From Negaprion brevirostris (taxonomy: Eukaryota): a stretch of DNA of 64,000 nucleotides. Position 1 is the first letter of the stretch, and every line of letters starts with the position of its first letter. The notes under the pieces were generated by a model. It was not told the DNA's origin and ran no database searches. It worked only from the letters and a program-made list of their open reading frames with translations. The stretch spans positions 52,666,117 through 52,730,116 of the forward strand of contig JARDVH010000031.1 in the NCBI GenBank assembly GCA_030324005.1. The letters are read 5' to 3'. The translations under genes and the position numbers were made by a program. Shown in pieces: positions 11,201 to 26,200 of this stretch.

Positions 11201-14200
11201 TCCAACAATTTTCTGCTTTTGTTTCAAGTATACTTAATTGGCTGTAAAGTGGTTGGGATGTTTTGAGATCACAAAGAGCCTTATATAAATATAAGTTTCT
11301 TTCTTTTCTTCCCTCCTTTTTGAACAAGTTGGGAACTTTTCAGCTCTCCAGTGGAACATACACATCTAATGGTATTTGAAAAATTGTGGTCAGAGATGTA
11401 ACCACATACATTACATCATAAGCATGACGTGGTCTTCATTTTAAAAAAAATCTGCTGTTTGATTTCTCTGTTAAAATTATTTTTTTCAGAATTGACGCTG
11501 GTAAAATGGATTTTTCAACATGCACCTTCATTAAAGATAGAAATATAGACACATAGAAATATAGACATATAAAATATAGGAGCAGGAGTAGGCTATTGAG
11601 AATTCGACGCATTATGATCATGGTTGTTCATTCAACTCAGTAACCAATTCCCACTTTCTCCCCATGACCTTTGATCCCTTTAGCTCCAAGTGCTGTACCT
11701 AACTCCTCTTGAAAACATACAATATTTCAACTGCTTTCTGTGGTACTAAATTGCCCCTTAGTGTCAGGGGGATTACCTGGGGAAATACTTGGGGTTACGG
11801 GCATAAGGTCTGGGCGGGATTGTTGTCAGTGCAGTCTCAATGGACTGAATGGCTTCCTTCTGCACTGTCGGGGTTCTATGACATCTGTGACTTGTTCTTT
11901 GACTATTTGAAATCCATAGATCTCCAGAGATTAAAACAATGAGTTGCATCAAAACAGTGATTTTCACAGTAATTTCATTGCAGTGTTAATGTAAGCCTAC
12001 TAGGGACACTAATAAGTAAACTTAAACTTGTTTTGGTTTCATTTTTTGATGTGACAGTAGTGTTTGCTACCTGCTGTTTGATTGATCGTTGAATCAACTA
12101 ACATGCATTTTTCTTGGCATTCTTCTTCTGAACCATCTGCATTAGACAAGAAACACTCAACACAGCTCCTGCAAGAGAAATACCGTCATACAAGATCAAT
12201 AACTGCCAAGCTTTTGTCCCCAACATTAAAAAATGAAATATCTGTGTTTTTTAAGGTTTAGGAACCAACACAACTTGTACAATGCAAGTGTAAGGCATAT
12301 ACAGCTATACAAAATGCCTTTGGAGAAGTTCAAAGGCAACAATCCAGGTTAACATTTACAAAGTTGATACTTAACAAGCACTACTCAAAAGAGTATTTTC
12401 CTCAGAGGAGCCAAAGTATTTTTTGAAAACACTTCTGGCACACTCTTTGACATAAGAAAACTTTAGATATTCTTAGTTCTTTAAAAAAAAGCATCTCATG
12501 TCATATTACATAATAGGGAATGTTTGTAAAACAGCTACAGAATCTCCTTCGAGACATGTCATTCAATCATTAATTATCTTGGAGACAAAAATGTGCCAAA
12601 GGGCTATTTTAAAAAGAGGAGTTGTTGAAAGATAACACAGAACAAATTGCATTCCATTGCTAGGGACAGAGATTGTTAAATTTCTCTATCTACAGCAGCT
12701 CTTGAGTTGTTGCATAGAATTTTACAGCACAGAAGGAGTCCATTTTGTCCATTGAAGTACTAAAGGTCAGCAAAGAGGGTCTTTGGGAGAAGTCTGATAC
12801 ATTTTTCTTTAAAACATCAGTACTTTCCACTTTGATGAGAAGCAATTGAATTTCTGTTAATGTGGAAAATTGAAGCACAAAATATTACATCTTTGTATCT
12901 TGATGTTTCAAATTATCATTTTGTAAGTCAAAGCATAGGACAGGGCTGAGCAAAATTTTCAACCTGAGGGCTATATCTGGATATGGAAATTGTGTAATGG
13001 GCAATAATTGTTCAATAAATAAATGATTTGTATTCAAACAGGGAGAACACAATTTTGTTTAAATATTACCAGGGCTGTAACTTATGAACTGCTGGCTTTG
13101 GACTCCGGGAATTCCTTTCATAGGCTTTTTTAAGGGTTTGCACAGCAATTTGCACACTGGTTTAAATTGCAAACTTTGAATGGTTCCACCAGAATACACC
13201 AATAGTTACTCAGAAAAAGTAGAAGAATTAAAACACCTTCTAGCTTCAGGGTAAATATTGTAAACATCGAGACTGACACCGACTAAACTCCCCCCACACC
13301 CCAACTAATTCCCCCCACAACATATTCCCCGTCACCCTAATCCCCCCAAGGATTCCACCCCCTGTGGAGCTGACCCAACCCCCCTTGTACATCTGCTCTA
13401 CCCCCTTGTAACCCATGGGCCTGACTGGACTAGACCAAACTTCACCCCCAGCCACCTGATCTGTGGACTCGACCTGACATATCTGACACCCATCAGCTCC
13501 GTCTGACCCTGGTTTCTGCACCCTGATCTTTGAACCTATCAGTCCTGACCCCTGACTCCCCAATCTCTGACCACCACCTCCTGACCTCTAACCCCACAAC
13601 CAACCAGACTACACCGGACTCCATCCCCACTCCCCAACCCATAGACCTGACCCAACATATCCAACACAGGCTGACGCTCCCAGCCCGGCCTCCGACACTC
13701 CCACGCCTGACCTCCAACATAACCCCACCTCTAACACCTACTTGCCCTCAGACCCTTCCTTGAGATGCAGACCCTCCCCCACCCCCAACAGGAACTGGAT
13801 CTGCAGGGGCCTGTGAGGAGACTTTCCAGGAAGGTTCTAAGCAGCTCCAATGATTGCAATTGTCAATATAATTCTTGACAGCAGCTAAGTATTTATTTAT
13901 TGTGATTCCTGTGGGCGATTGCATTTCATTGCCAGTTGGAATTTTTGGCCTCACTGCCATGTTAAAATAGTATTTCTGGACAATGCATTGTTAGAAAATT
14001 GCATAATTGAGTTGTTTGTTTATATTACTACAGAACTGTATTGTTCCTGTCAAAACACAAATTTTATTAGAGCTAAAGCTTTTCCTTGCATTGTGCTAGG
14101 TAAAATTGTTGCAGTTTTCCCATTATTGATGACTTATTTACACTTAATTCTGCAGTTAGCTTTGTTGCATCATCAATGATTCTTATCAATAAGTAAAATA

Positions 14201-17200
14201 TATTCAAACTATGTTAGCTTTCAAGTAAGCCAGAAGTTATTAAAGAAATTTCTTTGTTAATCAACTTAACTCTGAATAATAAATATTCAATATAGATAAG
14301 TTTTGTTTAAAATAAACATAAAACCTTTTTTCTATTATTCTAACTATATTATACCAAAGTGTTATAACAATTAAATCAAATTTACTCCCTGTTTAATTGA
14401 GGTGGCATGAGCTAGGGTGTAATAATAAGAGTGCAGCAGTAGTGCTGTGATAGTTATTGTTGAGAGTTAGCAAGTTTGTTGCAACTTACCAAAGGCTAAG
14501 TCAGATTCCTCGGGCAGAAATTCACACTCTACAGCTGGCGAGGGTTTACAATTGAAGGGCTGTTATGCAGTTTCTTGGGGTCCTTTGGATCTCTGCACAC
14601 TCGGCTTTCTAGATTTTTTTCACAAGTAACATGCTACTAATCCAGTCTCTAGGCTTTGTCACTTTCTTGATCACTCCCATCTTTGCAAATTTTTCTCTCT
14701 CGTCTTTCAGATTGCACTTGGGGGCAGCTGGAATTTTCCTCAAAAGACGTTGTGTTGGTCTCAGCTTCTCATCTACCTCAAGATGACATTCGTCAGGAAG
14801 ACATCCAAGATCTGTCAAAACTTCTTTGTAATTTGTCAGGATCTGTTTAGTAGTCAATGGCTCAGTGCCCTATGAAAAACTGCCAATTTCTTCTGGTACA
14901 TGGAGGGTTATCAGTCAAAGCCTTGTTTCTGCTGAAATGAGAGCATTTTGCTTTATGCATGCTATCTGGAACTTCTTTCTTCCTGTTTCATTGGGATCTT
15001 AGCTTAGTTAATCCTCCTGGGCTGAGCATTGTTCCTTCCTCTAGACTCAAATGTGCCTTTGACCACTTTCTTTTCAGGTCACCATCTTGAGCAACTTCAT
15101 ACTAGTCCATGAAGCTCATGGTGTTGCATGTAGCACTGGTGTTGTGGTGATTATCACTTTGTATACGTGTGAAACTTTCTTTTCCCAGGCTTTGGTTTTG
15201 TGAAGGGGGGGATTGTGTCTCACAAATTTGATCGAGTTTTTCAAGGAAGTGACAAAGATGATTGATGAGGGTAGGGCAGTGGATGTTGTCCACATGGACT
15301 TCAGTAAGGCCTTTGACAAGGTTCCTCATGACAGACTGGTGCAGAAGGTGAAGTCGCATGGGATCAGAGGCGAGCTGGCAAGGTAAATACAAAACTGGCT
15401 CGGTTAAAGAAGACAGAGGGTAGCAGTGGAAGGGTGTGTTTCTGAATGGAGGGCTGTGACGTGATGTTTCTTAGGGACCTTTGCTGTATACAATATATAC
15501 AAATGATTTGGAGGAAAATGTAACTGGATTGATTAGTAAGTTTGTGGACGACACAAAGGTTGGTGAATTTGCAGATAGCGATAAGGACCATCAGAGGATA
15601 CAGCAGGATATAGATCAGTTAGAGGCTTGGATGGAGAGATGGCAGATGGAGTTTAATCCAGACAAATGTGAGGTAATGCATTTTGGAAGGTCTATTACAG
15701 ATAGGAAATATACAGTAAATGGCAGAACCCTTAGGAGTATTGATAGGCAAAGGGATCTGGGTGTACAGGTACACAGGTCACTGAANNNNNNNNNNNNNNN
15801 NNNNNNNNNNNNNNNNNNNNNNNNNNNNNNNNNNNNNNNNNNNNNNNNNNNNNNNNNNNNNNNNNNNNNNNNNNNNNNNNNNNNNACCCACACAGACACA
15901 GGGAGAATGTGTAAACTCCACACAGTCACCCAAGATTGGAATTGAATGCAAGTCCCTAGCGCTGTGAGATAGCAATGCTAACCACTGTACCACCTTGCCA
16001 AATTTGGACAACTTTATTATACTTAATAATAAATAGGATGTGGCCCACCTGAGGAATGAATGGGCTTCTACATATCAAGGGAACCAACTATTACATGACT
16101 TCCTCAGTGAAAGTTCTTGCTGATGATTCCACAGTGATATGGTTACATTATCTATCTGGTCATCATACACTTCTCAGCTTCCAAACTGCAGAAAATGACC
16201 TAAATGTGAATAACACATTTGTGAAATTCACAAATGTGAATAAACGCATCTGAATAACACTGTTCCTTTAACTTAAATTCTGTGCTCACACTTTGGCACC
16301 TGACTATCATCAATACAGATTACTGTTTGAAGAGCAATTAAAGTAAAGTTTTGTCAATTATCAATGTAATTAAACCAGATGTCTTATTCTTGTCAGCTTA
16401 TTCATCCCACCTGAGGCTGCAAGCAAACATATTGACTTGGCTTGTTTTTTTAAGATAACATTGCTGCTTCTTTTAGTCATTAAACTTCTCAAGCAGCTGG
16501 GGATGAAGGGGCCTAAATTTGATCACACTCAAAAGTGGATGGAGGGGTTGAGATGTGCAGTGAACTCACACTCTTTGTTTGTGATGCAGGCAGTATGCCA
16601 ACTTTGTGCTGCTTGCTCATTTCAATTCCTTCAGCATCCAGCCAGCTAACTGCACTATTGCCAATACCCTGAGTAACCAGCCAGCCTGCATTGCTTAAAT
16701 TCATAGTCATAGAGGTTTACAGCATAGAAACAATCCTTCAGCACAACTTGTCCATGCTGACGTTTTTTTTTAAAAAGCATTGAACTAGTCCCAATTGCCT
16801 GCATTTGGCCAGTATCTCTCTGTAGCCATTTTACCCATATAATAGTCTAAATGCTTATTAAAAGACAAAATTGGATCCACTTTTACTACTACATTTGGTA
16901 GCTTGTTCTAGACACTCACCACTCTCTGAGAAAAATTGCCCCTCTGGACCTTTTTTATTGTCCACTCTGACTTAAATATATGCCCTCTAGTTTTAGACTC
17001 CCTTACCTTTGGGAAAGGATGTTGACTATCTATCTTATCTATGCCACTCCTTATTTTATAGACCTCTATAAGATTATCCCTAAGCCTCCTACACTCTAGG
17101 AGAAAAAGTCCCAGTCGATCCAGCCTCTCTTTGTAACTCAAACTATCCTGATAGCATCCTAGTAAATCTTTTCTGCATTTTTTTGAGTTTAATAATATCC

Positions 17201-20200
17201 TTTCTATAATAGGGTGAGCACAACTGCACACAGTATTCCAAATGTGGCCTTACCACTGTCTCGTACAATTTCAATAAGGCGTCCCAACTCCTGTACTCAA
17301 TGTTCTAACCAATGAAACCAAGCATGCCGAATGCCTTCTTCATCATTCTGTCCACCTGTGACATCACTTTCAAGGAGTAATGAAGCTGCACCCTACATCT
17401 CTTTGTTCTGTAACTCTCCCCAATACCCTACTATTAACTAAAAAAGTCCTGCCCTGGTTTGATCTACCAAAATACATCACTTCACATTTATCTAAATTAA
17501 ACTCCATCTGCATTCATCAGCCCACTGGCCCAGTTAATCAAGATCCCATTGAATCCCCAAAGAGGTGATGCATTGTTATTGACAGTTGTGCAGACAATGA
17601 AAATCCTAGGAAACGCTGAGGATGGTACAACAGAGAACAGACTCCAAATCTATCAGCTGCTGTTCTGGGGATGGCCCTTCATTGAAAAGGTGGAAAGAAG
17701 GAGAGATGAGCTACATCCACAGGTGTCCAGGAGATCAACTGGGTAAGCTGCCAGAAGACAGTGGGAGTGGACAGCCATGGAGATCAGTGCTGGGTAATCG
17801 AGGATCTGGATGTATTGACGCAACAGCCAACATCACACAGGGGCCTCTTCTCAGGCAGAGTATGGAGGGGGCTGTAGGCCAAATGGGAAGGTCACTTGGT
17901 ATATCCCGGTGGCTCCTCCCTGTAGTCCTGGGTGTGGGGGAAATACCCAGTTGGAGGACCTTCCCACTCAGTGACAGTGATCATCCTCCCCCAACCCACC
18001 TATGTACCCCACTTACCCCTATCCACAGTCCCCGATCCTCCACAACAATTCCAATCTCCTTGCTAGAGCCTGCTCCACTTACCTGTCTTCTGGAGCCTCC
18101 TTTTTGGTTGCTGCTCCATGGCCAATTGCAGTCTCAGCAGTGACCATTGCTTCTGGTGGCACTGCTGCACTGAAAAGCTGTGTCTGACTGGCTGACAGCT
18201 CTAGAAGAGGGCTCTTTCTCTTTTCTAGTGCCGGGCAGTTAACATTTAATCACATTGAATCTCCCGGAAATGGTCATGGTGGGTCGCCAATGGTTTTCCA
18301 CCCAGTGAACATGGTCACTGTCTCAACCATTGATCCACCTTTAAAGCATGATCAGAATGAAGGCGTGCTATTGGTCAGAGAGAATAGGAAGACATTTCAG
18401 AACAGCAGTGTGCGGCATTTCTATGCAGCAATCTGATTTGAATAAAACTTACACGTTTGGTGTGAAATGTGCAGCTGCAGGATCAGAGAGGGAGAAATCT
18501 GATAGATTCGGAAAAGCCACGGGGTACACGTTGACTTGTCGCACTCCTGGGTGTAGTATAGAGTCAGATAGAGGAAAAAACTTACTGTTGTAACAAAGAG
18601 GCCATGGCTGGAGGTTAATGAGGCGAGAAGCAGTGGGAGCACTGTACCATACTCTTAACTTCAGTGACTTGAATGACTGAAACAGGCAAGGAAAAGTATG
18701 TTACAAATTTGCCCATATCCTGCTGTGACTATCATATCCCCTCCCCCACCTTCACCCCAATCAATCTGCCTTCCCAAACCAACTTCAACACATCGCTCAC
18801 ATCTACTCATTGACTACCACCACTCACCCCTGACAATGACTCTTACCAAATTCATTATCTCCATCGGGGGCCGGGGCAGTGGGTGAGGGGTGGTGGAACA
18901 CTTCTTTCAGTTATTCAGGGGTCTGTTCGTCTCCCCATTTAAAGAGAAAAGCAAAATGAGCATAAGGGAGAGCAGATAACCAGATGTGACCCCGCACTGA
19001 CGGTTGTGAGGAAACACGAGAGTGGGTGAGTCAGAATCCCTGATCACTGGAGATATTTGAACCACCCACCAACCTGGTGACAAAATTCAACACCAACAAT
19101 GACATGTCCTGCAACAATCTGTTATCTTGGCTTGATTTCAGCCCCAAATGAAAGATGAGGTTGTAATACTTACTCACATTAATTCATCTCCATTCTCCTG
19201 GTCTGATCCTTTACATGCTCAGCAGCATCCGGGAGACTTGTGGAGAGCAAATCCTCAGAGAAATTGAATTCTTCTGAGGTTGCAACATCACAGAGCTCGT
19301 ACTTACTGTGGGCCAGCTTAGATAATCATACATTTCCCATCCACTCGATTGGGTTTTTAACCAATCAGTTCACAATTAGAACCATAGAACTGATACAGCA
19401 CAGAAGAGGGCCATTTGGCCCATCTCATCCATGCCGACCCAAAGATGCCAGATACCCCAATCCCATCTTCCTACACCCAGCCCATAGCCCTGCAACTTAC
19501 AGCACTTAAGGAGAGATCCAGGTACATTTTAAACAAGTTTAAGAATTCCGCTTCCACCACCAACTCAAGCAGCAAATTCCAGACACCTATCACCCTCTGC
19601 ATACAAAAGTGTTTCTCATGTCTTCTTATAGCAGGTATAGCTGTGGAGAACCCACACTAGAGCATCTCCAGCTCTGAGCTGCTATACACTGGGGACCATC
19701 AGCAAAACAAATAATAACTGAGAGGCTGCAAACAAAATCTGGGACTTACTGATGGCCTTCCAAAACATTGTCCATGATTTCACAAAGGATGGAGGAATGC
19801 AAGTCAACCATGAATGGATTGTTGTAGCATGGTGGTGCAGTGGTGCCTTGTATGGAAAAACCATTCTCCTCCATGGTAATTAAATGATTAAGAATTAAAC
19901 TGGGTACACTAGCTAACACCGAACTTGGAAAGGAAATGACAATGACAAACACTGCCCTGTTTACCCTGCAACATTCTTCTTGCTAACATCTGGAGGCTTG
20001 TGCTAAAATTACGAGGGCTGTCTCGCAGGCTAGTTGAGTGACAACCCGACATCGTCATAGTCATGGAATAATTTCTTACAGAGAATGTCACAGATGCCAC
20101 TCTGACCATCTCTGGTTACGCCTGCCCCTCCAACAGGACAGACCGGTACTGACTTTTAAGGGGTGTCTTGACAAGTACATGAATGAGATGGGAATAGAGA

Positions 20201-23200
20201 GATATGATCCCCAGAAGCATAGGAGGTTTTAGTTAAGTCAGGTAGCATGGTTGATGCAGGCTTGGAGGGCCAAAGGGCCTGCTCCTGTGCTGTAATTTTC
20301 TTTGTTCTTTGTCCTTTGTTCTTTAATTAAAACAGGATACTCACAGTCTATGTGAAACTTTGCACTGACACGATGCTCTCCTTCTGCAGTCATCCAATAG
20401 TCATGAACCATTTTTATCTTGCGACTTGATGGTGCCAACCTGTTCTTGGCTCCTTGTGTGGTATCCACCACAATATTACATCCAGTTTTCTGGCCTTGAG
20501 CTTTCTACTGCGTCCTCTGTAAATAGTTTTTCCTTTTTTCTATTGTCTTGTGCTTTGTAAGACCTGGACTGCCTCTCTGCATAGTGAAAGTCTAGTTCAG
20601 TTCTATCATCCATACTCTTCAGCTGATGATAAATCACTTCAGACTGTCTGTGCATGTTTGTAGCTATTCTTGCCTCTGAGTGAGAAAGTTATAGTTGGGA
20701 ATCTCGTTCCAGATCCTTCAGCAGGTAAGCAAGCCCGACTCCTCCACGTAGTACTGAGGGAATGCTGCACTGTCAGAAATACCATCTTTTGGATGAAATG
20801 TTAAACCAAGGCTCTATCTACCTTTTCAGGTGGATATAAAAGGTCCCACGTCACAATTCTCCTCATGTCCTAACTAACATTTCTCTCTTAACCAAAATCA
20901 CTAAACAGATTTATTTAATTGCAGCTTGCGGGACATTGCTGAATGAAATTAGCTACTAATTTGCCTTTTATTGTAACAATGACTACATTTCATTAAATAC
21001 ACCATCGGCCTTGACAATATACCATTAAACTTTGTATGTCCCAAACTCCAGACATTTTGCTTTGTGGATTTTTGGTTATGGAATTAGACCAGTTATTTGT
21101 CCTATACAATCTTTTCTTATCAAACAATGGAGATTACCGTTTGGAGATGCAGGGATCATAACAAGTTGGGCATTTTTCACAGTTGTCCCCAGAGGCCCCT
21201 GGATGCACGCAGACACATTTGCCACAGATGCACTCTCCACGTCCACTACATAGGGCTCCATTTTCAGAAATACAAAGGTCTGTGCTTGTGGTGCAATTAC
21301 AATATTCACCAGTCCATCCTTGGTGGCAATGGCATTCCCCACAATCACACTGCCCATGACCTAGGAAAGAAAATGAATATTAAATTTTTGCAGAGACTGA
21401 ATGTCAGCATTTCATTAAAAAGTATGTAATTTCAGCACATTATATGTTTAAATGTCACTGCTGCCTCACAGTGCCAAGGACCCGGGTTCAATTCTAGTCT
21501 TAGATGACTGTGTGGAGTTTGCACATTCTCCCTGTGTCTGAATGGGTTTCCTCTGGGTGATCTGGTTTCCTCGCACAGTCCAAAGATGTGTATGTTAGGT
21601 GGATTGGCCATGCTAAATTGTCCTTTCGTGTCTAAAGATGTGTAAGTTGGGGTAAATATGTGGGGCTATGAGGATAGGGTGGGATACTCTATTGGAGAGT
21701 TAGTGCAGACTTGATGGGCCAAATGGCCTCCTTTTGCACTATAGGAATTCTATGAAACCTCTTGCACTACAAACGTCAATTAGGAATCTTAACAGATACT
21801 AGCACTGAATCCAAGTATTAATTTAATTTCAATTATTCTGCAAAATTCTAAACAGACTTATCATGGGCCAGTTTGATTGACTTATTAAACAAATACATAC
21901 AGGGATAATATATCCTTCTGAGTCAGAAAGTTAAATGTTCAAGCCTCACTACAGATCTGTGCATAATCTAGACTGAAACCAACAACACTGGTGGACCGCT
22001 ACATTGACAGAGATGCCATCTATCAGGTTAGTCACTAAACCAAAGTGCCGTTTAAGGTGGATGTAAATAATTCCATACAACTGTTCAAAAAAAGGTAGGG
22101 CTGTTCTCTAGTGTTCTGGGTAGTATTTATCATGAAGCACAGATCAACTGGTTTACCATGGCAGCGCAAAAGACAAGGCTGAAGCATTTACAACCCCGTC
22201 TTCAGCCAGAAGCACCAAATCAACGGTTCATCTCCACCTCTTCCTGCCTGGTCTGCCGGGTGTTTCCAGCATTTCCTGTTTTTATATCACCTGAGACCAT
22301 TAGGGTAATAATAGAGAGGGATGAATACCCTTTCCACAACAATCCATCTTGCCATTTACCAGATGACAAACAATAAACTGCAGCACAAAACCTACTATCA
22401 GCGCACTGAATTACGCTCAGCACAATTAATTAGTGTTAGCCTGGACTCGGTGATAACACTGTCACCTCTCACTCCCTTAACCAACACCTAAAATTGATTA
22501 TCTGGTCACTTGTTTCATTGCTGTTTACGGCAACTTGCTATATGTAATTCCACTGCCTCGTTTCCTAGACTGTAATAGTGACTACTCTTCAAAAGCACTT
22601 TATTAGCTGCGAAACACTTCAGGATAGTTCTATAGTCTTGAAAGGTGCTATTTAAATACAAGTTGTTTCATTTTTAATGATTAAAAGATGTGATTGTCTT
22701 TCTTGCAAGAAAGCTACTGGAAAACAAAATATATGGTGAAATTTGCACTTCTCTGTAAGTGAGTTGGAGAAGAAATACAATAAAACATTCTGTGGTTACA
22801 TGAAAGTGCGATTGAAATCGGAGAAGGGTGAACTGCAGGAAACAGCATCTGAAAGAGTGTTCATATATCAGACAGATGATGGTATCAAAACAACATACTT
22901 TTGGTCTGGATTTCTCAACGTGTTGGAATGTTACCAGGGAACAAAATAGTAGATCCAATGGATACACGCTGAGACTTCATGATTTTATAGAGTTTACCCT
23001 CCTGGCACAGAGCTTTGCATGACAGGAATGCATATAAAACACTCGGGCAAGGAGATCAAAAGCTTGATTCACAGCATGCATGATTCTGCAACCATCAAGA
23101 CCAAAATGAAACTTAATTTGATCAATACCAAAGTAAGTTCTGAAAATTTGACATTGCACTGATTAAAATGTATTTGACTTTTGCCAAGGTCGGAAATTTA

Positions 23201-26200
23201 TTTACCCAAAGTGCAAAATGGAATTTGAACCAGAACTAACTAAGACTGAAACGCAATAGCAAAAACAATGAAAAGTAACAATGCACTGGAGCACACAGCA
23301 TTTATACCCTTTGCCAAGGAGAAATTGAGCCCAGCACTCCTTGTGCATCCATACATGTTTATGATTATTTCATACAAATTTTCATAGATTCTGATCTTAG
23401 CCAATCATTAAATTTCCAAAGGTTGAGAAATTCAAAATGGGGTATCAGCAATCTACAACTTAAAATTAACATCTGACTAATGAGTGTGCCAAATCCTAAA
23501 AGAAGGCAAATCACAAGAAACTAAATTAGAAGAAAACATTTTCAGAACTTAATTCACAAAGATACCTTTCAATAAATTGTTACTATTACATTATTTATGC
23601 CTTCAATCATTACATATGTCTGTGTATGAATACTCCAACTAATTTCTTTGAGCATTTGCCAATCAGAACTATAGAAGTTCTTGCAATGCCAACAGAAATT
23701 TACAGACACTCGGCAACTCACAGGGTNNNNNNNNNNACAGAAGGTACTTTTGCGTTGTTCTCTTTTTAATGGCAAGATGCTCTGAAATTTTCACTCATAA
23801 CATGAATAATGTTAGTTTTCATAATTCTTGATATCAAAGTTGGGAGGGTGGTGGTGGCTGATGAAACTAATTTATGGAACAGCATCAGTTAATGCAAGTA
23901 TGATTATGATGGTGTTTAGTGCAGCTTGCTATGTCCATCAGAACTGGCACTTAAATTATTAGCCAGGCTATTTTGGGGGGGTCAATAAGCCTCATTTGAA
24001 AACCTAAGGAAAATGCAACTCTGTGCCACTTCATTATGAAACAATCTAACTGGACATAACTGGTAGAATAAGGTCAAACTATTTGTGCAAGCTTGGCTAT
24101 ATCTTGTGAATGCAACATTTGCGGTGTATACTGAAGACATGCTAACCTTATTTTAGCTATCGATCTTCATCATAAATACATGTACTTATTTGAGTCATTT
24201 TAGATTAAAGTTTAGCTTTCAAACTGAATATTTTGGTATTTGTTGCTGGTTTAGAGATAATGTGATTAAGATTAAAAATTAGGAATGTACTGTATAATTG
24301 ACAAACTATCTAAAAAATAATCGATTCAAAGTAAAACTTTACATACCTCCACACAGCAGCCCTTTAAATCTGACACACGAAAAATCATCACATTCGCAAT
24401 AGGACCCGTATATCTGTCCAAACTCAGATGAGTAACAGGCACACTGTCCACAGTAGCAATCTCCTCGACCACTGCAGGAAATGTTTTCTGCACCATGTTT
24501 GCAGCTACCCATGTTTATGTTCTCTTCTGTACATTCACAATGAGGACCTAGTCGGCCAGAGTTGCAAACACATACACCACACTGAAAAGAGCCATTGCCA
24601 TTACTACATCTTGAGCTATTGTGCTCTGCACTTGTTTGGCAGCTGCAGCTACAGGCTGACCGTACTTCAATCTCGAGGGTGTCTCTGAATCCTAAAGGCT
24701 TTATTACAATATGTTTGGGTTCCTTCAGACATTCTGCCAATTCAACAGTCACATTAAAAGAAACCTAAAGTTAAATAAAACATACCACATTAATATCTCA
24801 TCTGTGAACGTAGGTTAAGAAAAATCAAAGGGTGACACACACCAATCTAACACATGATGGATAATGTTTCATGTCATGACAGCAGTTAAATTTGTACATT
24901 AGAGATCCTGTTCATATAATCTGTGATTTCTATTGGCCGGAATTATCTGGCTGTTTGCTAGTGGTGAGTTCTCTGGTCCCGCTGCCAGTGCATCCCTCAA
25001 CGGGAGCTTCCCGGTGGTTTGGGATGGCTACAGTGGGAAATGCCATTCACAGTGGCAGGAGCAGAAGATATTGCCACAAGCGAATGCTGCCAGGAAATCC
25101 GCTGATGGGAGGCCAGGGAATTTGTTTTAAAAACAAACGTAAGTATGAATGTTTATTTGTTACCACAGATTAGACTTATGAGTAAGGTCAGAGAACGCAG
25201 AGTTGGGTGTAAGGAACAAAATGGATAGCTAGCTGGATTCAAGACAGAAAGCAGAGAGTCAGGGTAATGGGTAATTATTCAGAATGGCAGAAGGTGACAA
25301 TCACTGTGGGCATCACTTGTTCATAATTTACACCAACGATTTAGACATTGAACTCATAAAGCACAATTTCCAAATTTGCAGATGGCACCAAAGTGAAGGG
25401 GATAGCCAACACTGAGGAGGACTGCAACAAATTGCAAGAAGAATTGATAACATTAAAAAAATTGTTCACAAGCGAATACGTGACATTTAGATGTTTCTGT
25501 TCAGAGAGGAACACTAAGCCTTACTGTCTCTCCGATGTAGAGATGAGAACACTTTTTCTCTCCATGAATGATGGCACCGTCTCGACAAATAGCAGTGAAA
25601 AGAAACTGCACTCCATTAGTATCTCCTGTCACTTCCAGTTCCACCTCAGACCGCAGCTCCTGCAATGACAGGAAAGAGATCAGAGAAACTTACACCACAA
25701 GGTCGCATTCCATTGTGCTGGCACTGCTTCTATGTATATGTCATTTCCCATACACAGTTAAATCATTCTTCACAAAGTATTTGTCCACTTCCCTTTCAAA
25801 ATATGTGATGAATTTTGCTCCGTCAATTGTGTTTGCTGGCGGATCTGTGCTGACAAATCATTGCATAAATTCCAAGAATCTCACATCACAGGAGGAGGCC
25901 CATGATTCCTGTGCAAGTTAATTTGTCTTAACTTTTTTCTTTTCTCTGTTGGTAATCATCTAAAATGTATGCATTCCAGTTACCAACTAACTTACCCAGT
26001 GAAAATAACATTTCCTACTTACCTCATCACAGCACAATTCACAATTTTCAATTCCTCTGTCATGATGATGTTATCTGTGAGTGTATCGCTGCTTGAAACA
26101 CTGGTTTGTGGTGGTGTGTCATTTTGATTTTGGAATAGTGTGAAGTGTCATGTGAAACCCCAGTGAGAATAACCAGTTCAGTTGTTGTACAGCAATTATT

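Noticed and set aside
13246-13763. Pro/Thr-rich and Gly/Val-rich ORFs resembling a mucin-like gene
   Set aside because: They come from a C-skewed low-complexity tract, with no splice structure or recognisable domain.
17622-18143. 173-aa plus-strand ORF as a nested antisense gene
   Set aside because: No recognisable domain; lies in a GC-rich repeat-like element where long ORFs arise by chance.
19247-19283. Imperfect hairpin gcaaatcctcagag...ttctgaggttgc as a pre-miRNA
   Set aside because: The stem is too short and bulged for a miRNA precursor, and there is no other support.
21456-21500. tRNA genes suggested by A/B-box motifs (also at 38383, 41830 and 48790)
   Set aside because: These are tRNA-derived SINE heads continuing into SINE bodies; no cloverleaf.
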